Shown here: piece after piece, positions 39,546-51,584 of the stretch | Position numbering within the stretch: position 1 is the stretch's first letter | Layout: every line of letters starts with the position of its first letter | Assembly: GCF_030144855.1 (NCBI RefSeq) | Contig: NC_082715.1 | Coordinates: 129,828,001-129,892,000, forward strand | Origin: Hypanus sabinus | Taxonomy: Eukaryota | Direction: 5' to 3' | Length of the DNA: 64,000 nucleotides | Program-made: the position numbers and the translations under genes | Notes under the pieces: generated by a model | Seen by the model: only the letters and a program-made list of their open reading frames with translations | Database searches by the model: none | What the model was told of the DNA's origin: nothing

Positions 39546-40284
39546 TGTTCTCTGGACCTTACAGCACATTTGCATTTAATTCTTACTGAAGAGGACACAG
39601 CATTCAATGATGCAATTTTTAATTTCTCCCACTGGGTGGTGTTGAACAAGCGCAAGTTATAACAGCACTTAACTTGACATAGGAAGTCAAAGGGCTGAGA
39701 ATGCAAAAAAAAGACAGGGACAATTCTTCCATTCCATTTATGATGGTGGAGCTAAACTTCTTTCCTTACCAAGTGCTGACTTGAAATAAGGCCAGAAATG
39801 ACTTAATTGATTAAGTAATTTTAACTCATCATAAGGAATCATTGCTCCTAGTCAACAACTTGACATGGTACACAAAGGAAGAGCTATATTAGAGACAAGT
39901 GTCTAGAAATTCTTTTCTTTCTTTTTCAATCTTTTTATTAATTTTCACATATACACAAAAAAAATAACATAGTAATAAGTAAATTATAAATACAATAGAC
40001 TTGAAATCACATTGATAATAAGATAATAATATCCTACTAAACATCAACAAAAGAAAATACCTTAATCAAGTCCACATGATTATATGAAAAAAACAAATAA
40101 CCATTAAAAAAGAAAAAAAAATATTAAAAAATATGTGAGAAAAAAAAATATATTAAAAAAAATAAAACACTAAACTAAACTAACATAGGCAATAATAACA
40201 GTTTACAAGTATAAGATAGTGTCAAAGAACTCCGGAACTCCATACCTGAACATGAATAAGCAGAAAGGTCTGGAGAAGGCCAAA

Positions 40285-43200
40285 TTAATTCATATGAAAA
40301 TGTCGAATAAACGGTCTCCAAGTTTCTTCAAATTTAATTGATGAGTCAAAAATAGTGCTTCTAATTTTTTCCAAACTCAGACAAGAAATAGTTTGAGAAA
40401 GCCATTGAAATGTAGTAGGAGGATTTACTTCTTTCCAATTTTGTAGTATAGACCTTCTGGCCATTAATGTTACAAAAGCAATCATTCGTCTGATTGAGGG
40501 GGAAAACTGATTGCCATCTTCATTTGGTATGCCAAAAATTGCAGTAATAAAATGAGGTTGTAAATCTATATTCCAAATTGAGGAAATAGTAGTAAATATA
40601 TCCTTCCAATAATTATGTAAAGTGGGACATGACCAAAACATATGGGTCAATGAGGCCACTGCTAAATGACATCTGTCACATAGAGGGTTAATATGAGAAT
40701 AGAATCGAGCAAGTTTATCTTTAGACATATGAGCTCTATGTACAATTTTAAATTGTATTAAAGCATGTTTAGCACATATAGAAGAATTAACCATTTGCAA
40801 AATTTTTTCCCATTTATCTGTTGATATGTTGTATTGAAGTTCTTTTTCCCATTCTTGTTTAATTCTAACTGATATTTCTGGTTGTATCTTCATAATCATA
40901 TTATAAATAAAAGCTACTAATCCCTTCTGACAAGGATTTAAGATAAAGATCAAATCTGTAGTGTCCATCAAAGTTGAATTAGGAAAAGATGGTAAAACTT
41001 TATGTAAAAAATTTCTAATTTGTAAATATCTGAAAAAATTAGATTTAGGTAGTTCAAATTTATTAGAAAGTTGATCAAATGACATCAAAGTATCTTCAAA
41101 AAAGAGATCACGAAAACATTTTATACCTTTCCTTTTCCATATGTTAAAAGCTTGATCTGTCCAGGAGGGTTTGAAAAAGAAATTAAATAAGATAGGGCTA
41201 TCAAGAACAAAGTTTTTCAAAATAAAAAACTTACGAAATTGAAACCAAATTCGTAATGTATGTTTAATAACAGGATTAAGTATTTGTTTATTAAATTTAA
41301 CTAAATCCGCAGGAAGACAAGAACCAAGAACAGAGAATAGAGAATATCCCTTTACCTCATTACATTCCAAATTTACCCACTGTGGGCACAGTGGTGAATC
41401 CAAATCTAATTTCCAATACAATAAATTACGAATATTATTTGCCCAATAATAAAATCTAAAATTAGGTAAAGCTAAACCACCATCTTTTTTTGATTTTTGC
41501 AATTGCTTTTTACTTAACCTAGGGTTTTTATTTTGCCACACAAATGAAGAAATTTTTGAATCAATGTTATCAAAAAAAGATTTAGGAATAAAAACTGGTA
41601 GGGCTTGGAATAAATATAAAAATTTCGGTAAAATCATCATTTTGACAGCATTAATCCGACCAATTAATGATAAAAACAAGGGAGACCATCTTGTAGTAAG
41701 TTGATGAATTTGATGAAACATAGGTAAAAAATTCATTCTGAATAAATCTTTATATTTCTTGGTAATTTTTATACCTAGATAAGTGAAGTTATCAGTAACA
41801 ACTTTAAATGGTGTCCTATCAGTCAATAAAGTTTGTGCATTTAAAGGAAATAATTCACTCTTATCTAAATTTAGTTTATAACCAGAAAAAGTACCAAATT
41901 GAACCAACAAGGATAAAATAGCAGGAATAGACCTATCAGGGTCAGAAATATATAACAGCAAATCATCAGCATAAAGAGATAATTTATATAACTTCTCATT
42001 ACAGGTAATACCAAAAATATTAGGAGATTCACGAATAGCAATAGCTAAAGGTTCTAATGCAATATTAAATAATAAAGGACTTAAGGGACAACCTTGTCTC
42101 GTACCACGAGATAATTGAAAAAAAGAGGATCTGTGGTTATTCGTAAAAACAGAAGCAACAGGTTTATGATATATTAATTTAATCCATGATATAAAATTAG
42201 GACTAAAATTAAAATTTCTCAATGTATTAAATAAATATATCCATTCAACTCTATCAAAAGCTTTTTCAGCATCTAATGAAATAACACATTCTGGGATTGT
42301 GGGTGGTGAAGTATGAATTATATTAATCAATTTTCTAACATTAAAAAAGGAATACCGATTCCTCATAAAACCAGTTTGATCTTCTGAAATAATCTGAGAC
42401 AGTACTTTTTCTAATCTAATAGCTAAAATTTTTGTAAGAATCTTAGAATCTACATTTAATAATGATATAGGGCGATAAGATGTACATAAAGTAGGATCTT
42501 TATCTTTTTTAAGAATTAGAGAAATATTAGCTTCATAAAAAGATTGAGGTAATCTCTTCTTAGCAAACGCATCATTAAAAATTTCACATAACCAAGGAGA
42601 AAGCAAAGAAGAAAAAGTTTTAAAAAATTCTACTATATAACCATCAGGACCAGGAGCTTTCCCTGAGTTCATTGATGAAATAGCCTCTCCTATTTCCACT
42701 ATAGAAATAGGAGCATCTAACAGGCTATGATCTTCATCAGTCAGTTTAGGAATATTCAAATTGTTAAAAAAACTATCTATCATGGACTGGTCACCATCAA
42801 ATTCTGAATGATATAAAGATTTATAAAAATCTTGAAAGGTATTATTAATTTCTTTATGATCAGTAGTTAAATTACCGTCTGATTTGCGAATTTTAATAAT
42901 TTGTCGCTTAGTCGAGATAGCCTTTAATTGATTAGCTAACAGTTTACCAGTACGGTCACTATGAATATAAAATTGAGCCCTGGTCCTAATTAATTGATTT
43001 TCAATTGAAGAAGATAATAGTAAACTATGTTCCATTTGAAGCTCAACTCTCTTCTTATAAAGTTCTTTGGTAGGAGTCACGGAATAAATCTTATCAATTT
43101 CCTTAATTTTATCCACCAATAAAGCAATATCTAAATATCTTTGTTTTCTTTTACCAACAGAATATGAGATAATTTGACCACGAATAAAAGCCTTAAAGGA

Positions 43201-44091
43201 GTCCCAAAGTATTCCTCTGTCGATTTCTTCAGTACAGTTTGTAGAAAAGAACAAGTCAATTTGCTGTTTTATATAAGTAATAAATTCCGGGTCTTGAAGC
43301 AAAGTAGCGTTAAGTCTCCAAGATCTGGTGTTATTGGAATAGTCCGAAATCTTAATAGATAACTTCAAAGGTGCATGATCCGAAATAGTAATAGAATCAT
43401 ATTTACAATCAATAACATCCGTTAATAACCGATGATCAATAAGAAAATAGTCAATTCTAGAGTAACTATGATATACATGTGAAAAAAAAGAAAATTCTTT
43501 ATCTTTAGGGTTCAAAAACCGCCATATTTCTGTAATTCCCGAGTCAACCAAAAATGAATTAATAAGTAGGGCTGATCTATTCGGAAGAGTGCGAATAGGT
43601 TTAGATCTATCCATCAAAGGATTCAAACAACAATTAAAATCTCCACCCATTATCAACATATACTCATTTAGATTAGGAAGAGAGGTAAATAAACGTCTAA
43701 AAAATTCAGGGCAATCAAAGTTTGGAGCATAAATATTAACTAGAACAACTTTCCGATGGAAAAGTAAACCAGTTATCAACAAAAATCTACCCTGTGGGTC
43801 AGAGATAATTTCATGATGTGTAAACGATATTGAGGGATCTATAAAAATAGACACACCCCTAATTTTGGCGGTACAATTCGAATGAAATTGTTGACCCTTC
43901 CAGAACCTAAAAAAACGTTGATTATCCTCCCTCCTGATATGGGTCTCCTGTGCAAAGATAATATTAGCATTCAGTCTATGGAATACTTTAAATATTTTTT
44001 TGCGTTTAATCGGATGATTTAAACCATTAGTATTCCAGGAGATAAAGTTAACAGATCTATCCATCATACCAATATTAATTGTGTGTATCAT
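40285..44091 (-). CDS. L1 ORF2p (APE endonuclease, reverse transcriptase, CCHC zinc knuckle), 1268 aa
   Basis: EN motifs SWNTNGL, QETH, YAPN, GGDFN, SRIDYF, SDH; RT motifs APGPDG, DAEKAFD, QGCPLSP, YADD; C-terminal CDRC..HMFWSC; the true start may be one of the downstream Met codons (MMDRS). Confidence 0.97.
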   Translation of the reverse strand: MIHTINIGMMDRSVNFISWNTNGLNHPIKRKKIFKVFHRLNANIIFAQETHIRREDNQRFFRFWKGQQFHSNCTAKIRGVSIFIDPSISFTHHEIISDPQGRFLLITGLLFHRKVVLVNIYAPNFDCPEFFRRLFTSLPNLNEYMLIMGGDFNCCLNPLMDRSKPIRTLPNRSALLINSFLVDSGITEIWRFLNPKDKEFSFFSHVYHSYSRIDYFLIDHRLLTDVIDCKYDSITISDHAPLKLSIKISDYSNNTRSWRLNATLLQDPEFITYIKQQIDLFFSTNCTEEIDRGILWDSFKAFIRGQIISYSVGKRKQRYLDIALLVDKIKEIDKIYSVTPTKELYKKRVELQMEHSLLLSSSIENQLIRTRAQFYIHSDRTGKLLANQLKAISTKRQIIKIRKSDGNLTTDHKEINNTFQDFYKSLYHSEFDGDQSMIDSFFNNLNIPKLTDEDHSLLDAPISIVEIGEAISSMNSGKAPGPDGYIVEFFKTFSSLLSPWLCEIFNDAFAKKRLPQSFYEANISLILKKDKDPTLCTSYRPISLLNVDSKILTKILAIRLEKVLSQIISEDQTGFMRNRYSFFNVRKLINIIHTSPPTIPECVISLDAEKAFDRVEWIYLFNTLRNFNFSPNFISWIKLIYHKPVASVFTNNHRSSFFQLSRGTRQGCPLSPLLFNIALEPLAIAIRESPNIFGITCNEKLYKLSLYADDLLLYISDPDRSIPAILSLLVQFGTFSGYKLNLDKSELFPLNAQTLLTDRTPFKVVTDNFTYLGIKITKKYKDLFRMNFLPMFHQIHQLTTRWSPLFLSLIGRINAVKMMILPKFLYLFQALPVFIPKSFFDNIDSKISSFVWQNKNPRLSKKQLQKSKKDGGLALPNFRFYYWANNIRNLLYWKLDLDSPLCPQWVNLECNEVKGYSLFSVLGSCLPADLVKFNKQILNPVIKHTLRIWFQFRKFFILKNFVLDSPILFNFFFKPSWTDQAFNIWKRKGIKCFRDLFFEDTLMSFDQLSNKFELPKSNFFRYLQIRNFLHKVLPSFPNSTLMDTTDLIFILNPCQKGLVAFIYNMIMKIQPEISVRIKQEWEKELQYNISTDKWEKILQMVNSSICAKHALIQFKIVHRAHMSKDKLARFYSHINPLCDRCHLAVASLTHMFWSCPTLHNYWKDIFTTISSIWNIDLQPHFITAIFGIPNEDGNQFSPSIRRMIAFVTLMARRSILQNWKEVNPPTTFQWLSQTISCLSLEKIRSTIFDSSIKFEETWRPFIRHFHMN

Positions 44092-45010
44092 AAAAGGTTA
44101 AAAAGACACATAACCCACAATTCAGGAAGGAGGAAAATTGATTCAGGAGCAGCCGGAGAACATGACACCTCAACAATATTAGTAATTTAAAGTCGGCCCA
44201 TAAACTAAAAGCAAAAAAATAAAAAGCAAAAGCGTGAAAAAAGATCCCTACCCCCTCCCCCCACCCTTCGAAAAAAAGCCAAGCGGCAGGCGCATAATCT
44301 AATACTAATATTACCCCCATTTCAAGATGGCAGCTCTATAAAAAAAAAGATTAGAAGAAAACTATATATCACCCAAATTAAAATATAGAGTTGCAAAAAA
44401 ATATATATATCAATCAGAATAATAAAAAAAAACTAATATAATACAACAATCATTAATAAAAAAAAGGTATAAACGTCAAAATTTAAAAGTGTAGTATACC
44501 TTTAAAAAAAAATCCCATATTCAAATACAAGATGATGTTTCAAGAGCAAAGACTTATGGGAAGAAGAAACGCCATTTTGAAAAAGCCATATTACTAAATA
44601 CAAAAGTGAGTTCAGCGATCTGTTAAAAGACAAAATAACATTTAAAAAGAAAGGGATATAATAAACAGTACAACATATATATAAAAAAAACTAAAAATCC
44701 AAAACATTCGTCCCATATCTGAGTACAGGCAAACAGATAAATGCTTGTAAAAAACAGAATCTTACGGGAAAAATAAACATCTTAAAAAAAAGATAAATCA
44801 TTAATGCAAAATATAAACGTATATAACCAAAACAGAAAGAAAAAAAAGAATATTATCAAAACTAAAAAAAAACATCTATAAACAATGAAGCTAGTAAAAA
44901 AAACCGGACCCATAGATCAAAAAATAAAAAGTTATAACCCAACTTCATAGGTTAAAACTTAAAATAGAAAGATATCCTCTCTCCGAAAAATCTTCCACAT
45001 AACACATAGT

Positions 45011-45868
45011 TCAAGTTGCAGTAGAAGATCGAAATTCTCCAACAAATTTCTTCGCTTCTTCCAGAGTGTTGAAAAATCGTTGACTGTTGTCGGGCAGCAC
45101 AATTCTAAGCTTCGCTGGATACATTAAAGCTTGTCTAAGTCCGATCGAATGAATCTCTGCCATCACTGGTTTAAAAGCGATCCTGGCTCTCATTACTTCA
45201 AAAGAATAATCCTCAACTATTCGAAATTGAAAGTTTTTGTAGGAAATCATACCTTTTTTACGAGCTAATCGAATTAAAAGCTCTTTCTCACGAGGATAAT
45301 GAAGGCGAACAATCACCGCTCGTGGTTTATCAGGCACAGACGAAAACCTCGCAACTCTGTGAGCGCGGTCGATAATAGGTTTAGTTTTCAAACCTTCATC
45401 ACCGAAAATTTCCCATAGTAAATTAGAGAAAAATTCAGTTAAATCACCGGACTCAACTTTTTCGGGAAACCCGATAATAAGCAAATTCTGTCTGCGAGAT
45501 CGATTTTCGAGATCAGAAATTTTAAACTTATACTGATCTACAGTCTTAAGAGTCGATTGTACCTTCTTATCCAACACTTCAATTGTACGTACTTTTTCAA
45601 CAATTAATTTTTCAAGAGTCGCCAACTTATCTTCATGCCGCTGAATAACCGATGCCTGCGATTGAAACTTAGTATCAAGCGATTTAACAGCTCCTTCAAG
45701 TTCAGACATTTTCGTGGTAAACGTGTTTTCCAAACTTGCCATTTTACTTTCCAAACTTGCCATTTTACTTTGCAGCTTGTTATCCAAACCTGCAAGTTTA
45801 GTGTCCAGAAGATTAGAAATTGTTTCAACAGATAAAGGCTCCTTAGACGATTTCTTACTTGTAGCCAT
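45011..45868 (-). CDS. L1 ORF1p (coiled coil, RRM, C-terminal domain), 285 aa
   Basis: Heptad-rich N-terminal half; DLENRSRRQNLLIIGFPE and IDRAHR motifs typical of L1 ORF1. Confidence 0.93.
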   Translation of the reverse strand: MATSKKSSKEPLSVETISNLLDTKLAGLDNKLQSKMASLESKMASLENTFTTKMSELEGAVKSLDTKFQSQASVIQRHEDKLATLEKLIVEKVRTIEVLDKKVQSTLKTVDQYKFKISDLENRSRRQNLLIIGFPEKVESGDLTEFFSNLLWEIFGDEGLKTKPIIDRAHRVARFSSVPDKPRAVIVRLHYPREKELLIRLARKKGMISYKNFQFRIVEDYSFEVMRARIAFKPVMAEIHSIGLRQALMYPAKLRIVLPDNSQRFFNTLEEAKKFVGEFRSSTAT

Positions 45869-46020
45869 TTTAAGTTCGGCAAAGTTAGATCAAATATAGT
45901 TTTAAAAGAAAAAAAAGTCAATCGAAAATATCAACTCATTTGATTAAATTCGAAAAGATTAGATTAAAGGGTGATTATAGTTAGAAAAGTGAAGAGCGCC
46001 TAAAAGGCAGATGTTTACGT

Positions 46021-46030
46021 CGCCATCTTG
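46021..46030 (-). promoter_or_regulatory. YY1-type motif (CAAGATGGCG) at +14..+23 of the L1 internal promoter
   Basis: Matches the YY1 consensus AAGATGGC at about the same position as in the human L1 5' UTR; binding is inferred. Confidence 0.6.
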
Positions 46031-46237
46031 AAACTCCACCCCCGTGTCTAGAAATTCAATTGCATTACACTTTCCTAACTCACCCAGGGTTATTCAGACT
46101 AAAATGTGATAATAATTATTTTGGAGCTGTCTTGTTCTGAAAATTTGATTAGCCCTTCCCTGGAGTGATTCATTCTTACTCTAAAGAAGTGATTGTTGCA
46201 TCATTCGCACAATGTTATTCTCATTTTGGCACTATAG

Positions 46238-46320
46238 CAGGTTCCGCACCATGGGGTCCATAGATCCCTTGCTTAATGGGTTTGGTTCATGGTATATTAA
46301 AAAAAGGTTGGGAAATTCTA
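46238..46320. mobile_element. 83-bp hAT-type MITE
   Basis: Degenerate Charlie-like ends (caggttccgcacc / ggttgggaaattcta); 8-bp TSD cactatag/cactgtag. Confidence 0.6.
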
Positions 46321-47069
46321 CACTGTAGGGGAAATTGATAAATCATTCTAGAAGCATTGGTTAGTCGAGGGGCAACAAGGTTTTAGTAATTCCTGGCTCC
46401 ATTAGAATACTTCTAATTCCACAATGCCTCAAATCTCCAATCTCTACCTTCTACACATTCTAACTCCACCTAACTCCATTCATCACCTTGAACTGCCCCT
46501 ACCTAATCTCTCAAAACATTCCCCCATCTTACCTTTCAAGTTCACTAAGACCCACTAAACCTCCATAGGTCCATATCCACGGTCTTCCTGATTTCCTAAG
46601 GCTAGGTCTCAGCCCTTTCCCAATAGAAATAACCATCCATTTCTGAGACACATTAATGTTAACATTCTTGAAACACAGGTTTCAATCTTCCAAAGCCTGA
46701 ACACCATGATCCCTGGCACTTCCATTTGCAGCCAACAAACCAACTCTATGATCCTTCAAGTAGCATCGATCCATTAGAATTCCCAAATAAAGGTCCAACT
46801 CTTTCAATTTACCCAAATGCCCTGACAAACTCCAAAATCCAACAGCCTCCACCACATGCTCACCAACTCAACCCCAGGTTCCTATCAAGCCTATACTGCC
46901 AGCCTCACTCTCTCCAACACCCAATGACACAGCTAGGGTGTGGGGCAACATACTTTCAATTATGAAAATTGCAGCAGGTTCCTCCACAACCAAAATGCTT
47001 GATCTGCACACTAATGCAAGCGAAGGTAGCTTAGCAGGTAATTTACTGACAAGTAATCAAAGGTAAGGA

Positions 47070-47355
47070 CTAACAGTCCAGAGATCAAAGTTCAGATCCC
47101 ACTATGAAAGCTGTGGAATTTAAATTCTGATTAGTAATAGTCTGCAAATCATTAGCAACACTGATTGGTGCTTTATTAATATCAATAAAGCTACCAGGCT
47201 GATGCAACAAAAGAAGAACTACCTGGTTCAATGATGCCTCTTAGGGGAGGAAATCTGACATCATAATCCATTCTGGCTTGCATGGGACTCAGGCAATGCC
47301 AGCCAACCCCATAGGGCTGGGTCTTAAATGCCCTCTGAAATGGCCAAGCAAAAAA
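47070..47355 (+). mobile_element. Old tRNA-type SINE, unnamed family
   Basis: Shares gttca.atcccac..ggaatttaaattc..ctggttca.tgatg.c.ttaggg.aggaaatctg with an inverted copy at about 7570-7830. Confidence 0.5.
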
Positions 47356-48129
47356 CTCCAATGTAATATTTTAGTTGTGTTCAAACAGAGAAAGAATGAA
47401 ACTGGAAAGATACTTGAGATCGATCAAGGCACTGAATTCAAACAAGGCAAAATTGCTGAAAGCAGAACTGACATTGCGAAAATAGTTCGAGACTGCTGCC
47501 AGGAGGACCACCAAGCATAGCTAAAAAGAAGAGATAACAACATAGGCATGATGCAACACAGGTCTACACTTGAACATACCAGTTAAGTGCAGGGGTATGC
47601 CATTTGACCCCATACCTCCTACCTAATGGTAACAGACTGACATAATGGTATTTACAGAATCATACCGTACAGACAACATTGCGCTTTCTATCTCAATCTG
47701 TAATGACGTTCTGTCCCACCTGCAGGGTAGAGCCACCAGATCTGGTGGCATGACGGCATACAGGTGGGTAGGAGAAATCTTTGAAGTCCTCAGCATTGAA
47801 TTCATATCTCTACCTTAAATAGATCACCTCTATCTCTCACAGATGAAACATCCTCTCCACATGCTCCCTATTAAGACTACTCTGAGCCTTATATTTCTAT
47901 TAAATTATCTTTTACACTACCAAAGTCCTGTGGATAAAGGCCTAGGCTGTAGAAACCTTACTCATGGGATCACACCCCCCTCCAACAGAGGGTTTAATTC
48001 ATGAAGTATTTACTAAGCTGCTCCCAGTCCGTAAACACCATTCTTGAAAGATGAAGATCAATATCATACACAATACTGCCGATGTGATTTAATGGATGCC
48101 CAATATAACACACCAGCAGCTGGAGTTAG

Positions 48130-49020
48130 AACTCCTACAATGAAGATGCTTGTTATTGTTGGAGAGTGACCATTACAGCCCCAGGGCATCAGTGCAGGAG
48201 TTCTTTATGCCATTCTCCAGGCCAAACCATGTTATACTGCTTTATCATAATCATTCTTCCATCAATGTCAGAAGTGACATTGTTTACTAATGATTGCACA
48301 TGTTCAATTCCATTTGTAATTCCTCAGTAACTGAAGTATCCATGCCTACATTGTCAAGAACCGGATATCATTCAGGAATGGACTGATAAGTAGAAGGTGA
48401 AAAGAGGCCATTTTCAATATTATGACTATCAGCAAGTTCATCACCAACTTGTGTCATCACTGATCTGAAACTCAACTTGATTCAGTGACATAAATATCAT
48501 AGGTACAAGAGAAGGACAGAGGGTGATATCCTGGGACAACTGTCCAAACTCTGTCATTCCAAAATCATTCCACACATACAAGACACAAATATGGAGTACT
48601 CTCTATTTGCCTTGGGAATTACAACTCCAACAAATGTCAAGAATCTCCAACTATCCAGGTGGAAGTAACTCTCTTGATTAGAATACCATGAATCACCCTA
48701 AACATCTGTAATTCTCTGACGTTAGCACATTGTTTCTGATACTCAGAGCACTCCAAAGTCAGGAGGTGCAAGAGGACACTTCTATCTGCAATTTCTCTCC
48801 AAGTCACACATCATCCTGGTTTTGAAATACATCATCAATCTTTCCTTGTAGCTTTGTCTAAATTCTGGAATTCTCTACCCAAAGGTACCATGGGGGTATC
48901 TTCATCAGAAGAATATACTGGTTCAAGGCAGCACCTCATCATTCTTTCCCAAGGGTAATTAGAAATGGACAATAAATACCGATCTTGCCAGTGATGTCCA
49001 GAACACAGAAAACGAATGCA
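48130..49020 (+). mobile_element. Ancient CR1/L2-group LINE RT and 3' remnant
   Basis: gcaggagttc..ccaggccaaaccat..tgtttactaatgattgcaca (degenerate QG..GP and FADD region) and a terminal caataaatac; a related piece lies at about 31150-31660. Confidence 0.5.
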
Positions 49021-50046
49021 TTAACACCAAATGCTCAGGTGAACTATAACTTCTAGTTGTAAAATGTCTATTGCTTTTGTATTCTGCTAAACAAATCTTT
49101 CTTAAACCTTCATGAGTTTTAATGTTTTATTGTCATTGAATATATATTTATTATTGATCGTTCCATAAGCTGTCAGTAGCCTTGGGAATAAAGAACACTA
49201 ACTCTTGATTACTTCACCTCAGCAGAGCAGCTAGTAGAGAGCCTGTTGACAAAGCACCTTTGATAAAGCACTTTGCAAACATGTTTTTGCATTGACATTG
49301 CTCAGATTAGTTCACAGTGCTTTTATCACTTTGTTGAGAAAAATCCTGAAGCTCTTCAAATAAAAATCCCCCAGAATACATGTGTGATACATACACACAC
49401 ATTTAAGAATCTTTCCTATATTCATCTCTTTTCCCTTAAGGCAAAATATTATGTTGGCAGTTAAAAAAAAAGACTTAATTAATTGGCACACTGGAAGAAG
49501 GGTAGAATCCGAATCAGATTTATTATCACTGCATTTATGATGTGGAAGTTGTTATGCGGGGGCAGTACAGTGTAAAGACACAAAATTACCATAAATTACA
49601 AATAAACAGCGCAAAACAAAAAGGAATAATGAAGTACTATTCATTGACCATTCAGAAATCTAATGGCTGAAACATCTAAAAATGTTTCTAAATTGTTGAG
49701 TTCAAGCTCTTCTGTATCTTCACCCTCTTCCCTGATGGTGTGAATTTAATAATCAAGGAAAGGTAAGAGCTAACAGTTCATCCATTATTTGTTTATCAGT
49801 TTTACTACCATGATCACAGTTCACCCAAGGGAGGAAACAAAAGGTAATGTTTCCCTAAAAGTTACCGACAGCTTTGGTTACATAGCCATCCATTTTCAAC
49901 ACCTCTTTAAACTGTTACCTCAACATCAGTGAGCCTAAATCCATCAAAATTTCATCACATTCCTTTCCAGCATTTATGCAGAGTTAATGTCTGTTATTGC
50001 AAACACAAAGTCTCCTAGTGCATGACTACTTTTAACACATTTTATA

Positions 50047-51345
50047 TCAGAATCAGGTTTACTATCATCGGCATGTGTCATGAAATTTGTTAACTTAGCA
50101 GCAGCAATTCAATGCAACACATAATCTAGAATAAATAAATAAATAACATTATATGTATATTGAAGAGATAAAAAAAATCATCAAAAACTGAAATAATATA
50201 TATTTAAGAAGTGAGGTAGTGTTCAATGTCCATTTAGGAATTGGACGGCAGAGGGGAAGAAGCTGTTCCTGAATCACTGAGTGTGTGTCTTCAGGCTTCT
50301 GTACCTCCTACCTGTGGTAACAATGAGAAAAGGGCATGCCCTGGGTGCTGGAGGTCGTTAATAATGGGCATTGCCTTTCAGAGACACCGCTCCTTGAAGA
50401 TGTCCTGGGTACTTTGTAGGCCAATACTCAAGATGGAGCCGACTAAATTTACAATCTTCTGCAGCTTCTTTTGGTCCTGTGCAGTAGCACCCCTGCTCCA
50501 TACCAGACAATGATGCAGCCTCTCAGAATGCTCTCCATGGTACACCTATAGAAGTTTTCGAGTGTTTTCTCTTGACACCCCAAATCTCTTCAGACTCCTG
50601 ATTAAGTATAGTTGCTGACTTGCCTTCTTTATAACTGCATCGATATGTTGGGACCAGGTTAGGTCCTCAGATATCTTGACACCCAGGAACTTGAAACTGC
50701 TCACTCTCTCCACTTCTGATCCCTCTGTGAGGATCAGTATATGTTTCTTCGTCTTACCTTCCTGAAGTGTAAGGTTGATACTGTGACAGCACTCCACTAG
50801 TTAGTATATCTCGCCTCCGTATGCCCTCTCATCTCCATCTGATATTCTACCAACAATAGTTGTATCATCAGCAAATTTACAGATGGTATTTGAGCTATGC
50901 CTAGCCACACAGTCATGGGTGTAGAGAGAGCAGAGCAGTGGGCTAAGCACACACCCCTGAGGTGCACCAGTGTTGATTGTCAGCAAGGAGGAGATATTAT
51001 CATAAACTCACACAGTTTGTGGTCTTCTGGTTGGAAGTCGAGGATCCAATTGCAGAGGGAGGTACAGAGGCCCAGGTTCTGTAACTTATCAATCAGGATT
51101 GTGGGAACGATGGTGTTAAATGTTGAGCTATAGTTGATGAACAGCATCCTGACAAAGGTGTTTGTATTGTCCAGGTGGTCGAAGGCCATGTGAAGAGCCA
51201 TTGAGATTGCGTCTGCTGGTGACCTATTGTGGCGATAGGCAAATTGCAATGGGTCCAGGACCTTGCTGAGGCAGGAGTTCAGTCTAGTCATGACCAACCT
51301 CTCAAAGCATTTCATCACTGTCGATGTGAGTGCTACTGGGCGATA
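50047..51345 (-). mobile_element. Rex1/Babar-type LINE, RT and 3' end
   Basis: [57 protein letters not shown]; (CTGATT)n tail. Confidence 0.9.
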
Positions 51346-51584
51346 CTGAATATCTTATCTAATATCCATAGCTTCTATAAACCTAACCATTTCTGGGTGG
51401 TGTGGTAAAATATTGGATATAAAGTCTATTTTATTTCTTTCTTTTCTCAGTTCTGGTAAAAGACCAGCAATCTAAAATGTTAACTTCATTACCCTTTTCT
51501 CAGATGCTGCTTTGTTGCTGATCTATGTATCAAACAATGAAAGATCTAATATTGAAGTGTTCATTCAATGTACTGCAATGATCT

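Larger units (their letters stand above)
39913..46043 (-). mobile_element. Full-length L1-clade non-LTR retrotransposon with intact ORF1 and ORF2
   Basis: 14-bp TSD gtgtctagaaattc at 39899-39912 and 46044-46057; 5' end GGGGGTGGAGTTTCAAGATGGCG; AATAAA followed by an A-rich tail at the 3' end; two uninterrupted ORFs. Confidence 0.97.

Noticed and set aside
45604-45921. Overlapping and antisense small ORFs in L1 ORF1 (ORF0-like?)
   Set aside because: These are alternative frames of the repetitive coiled-coil region with non-ATG starts and no independent evidence.
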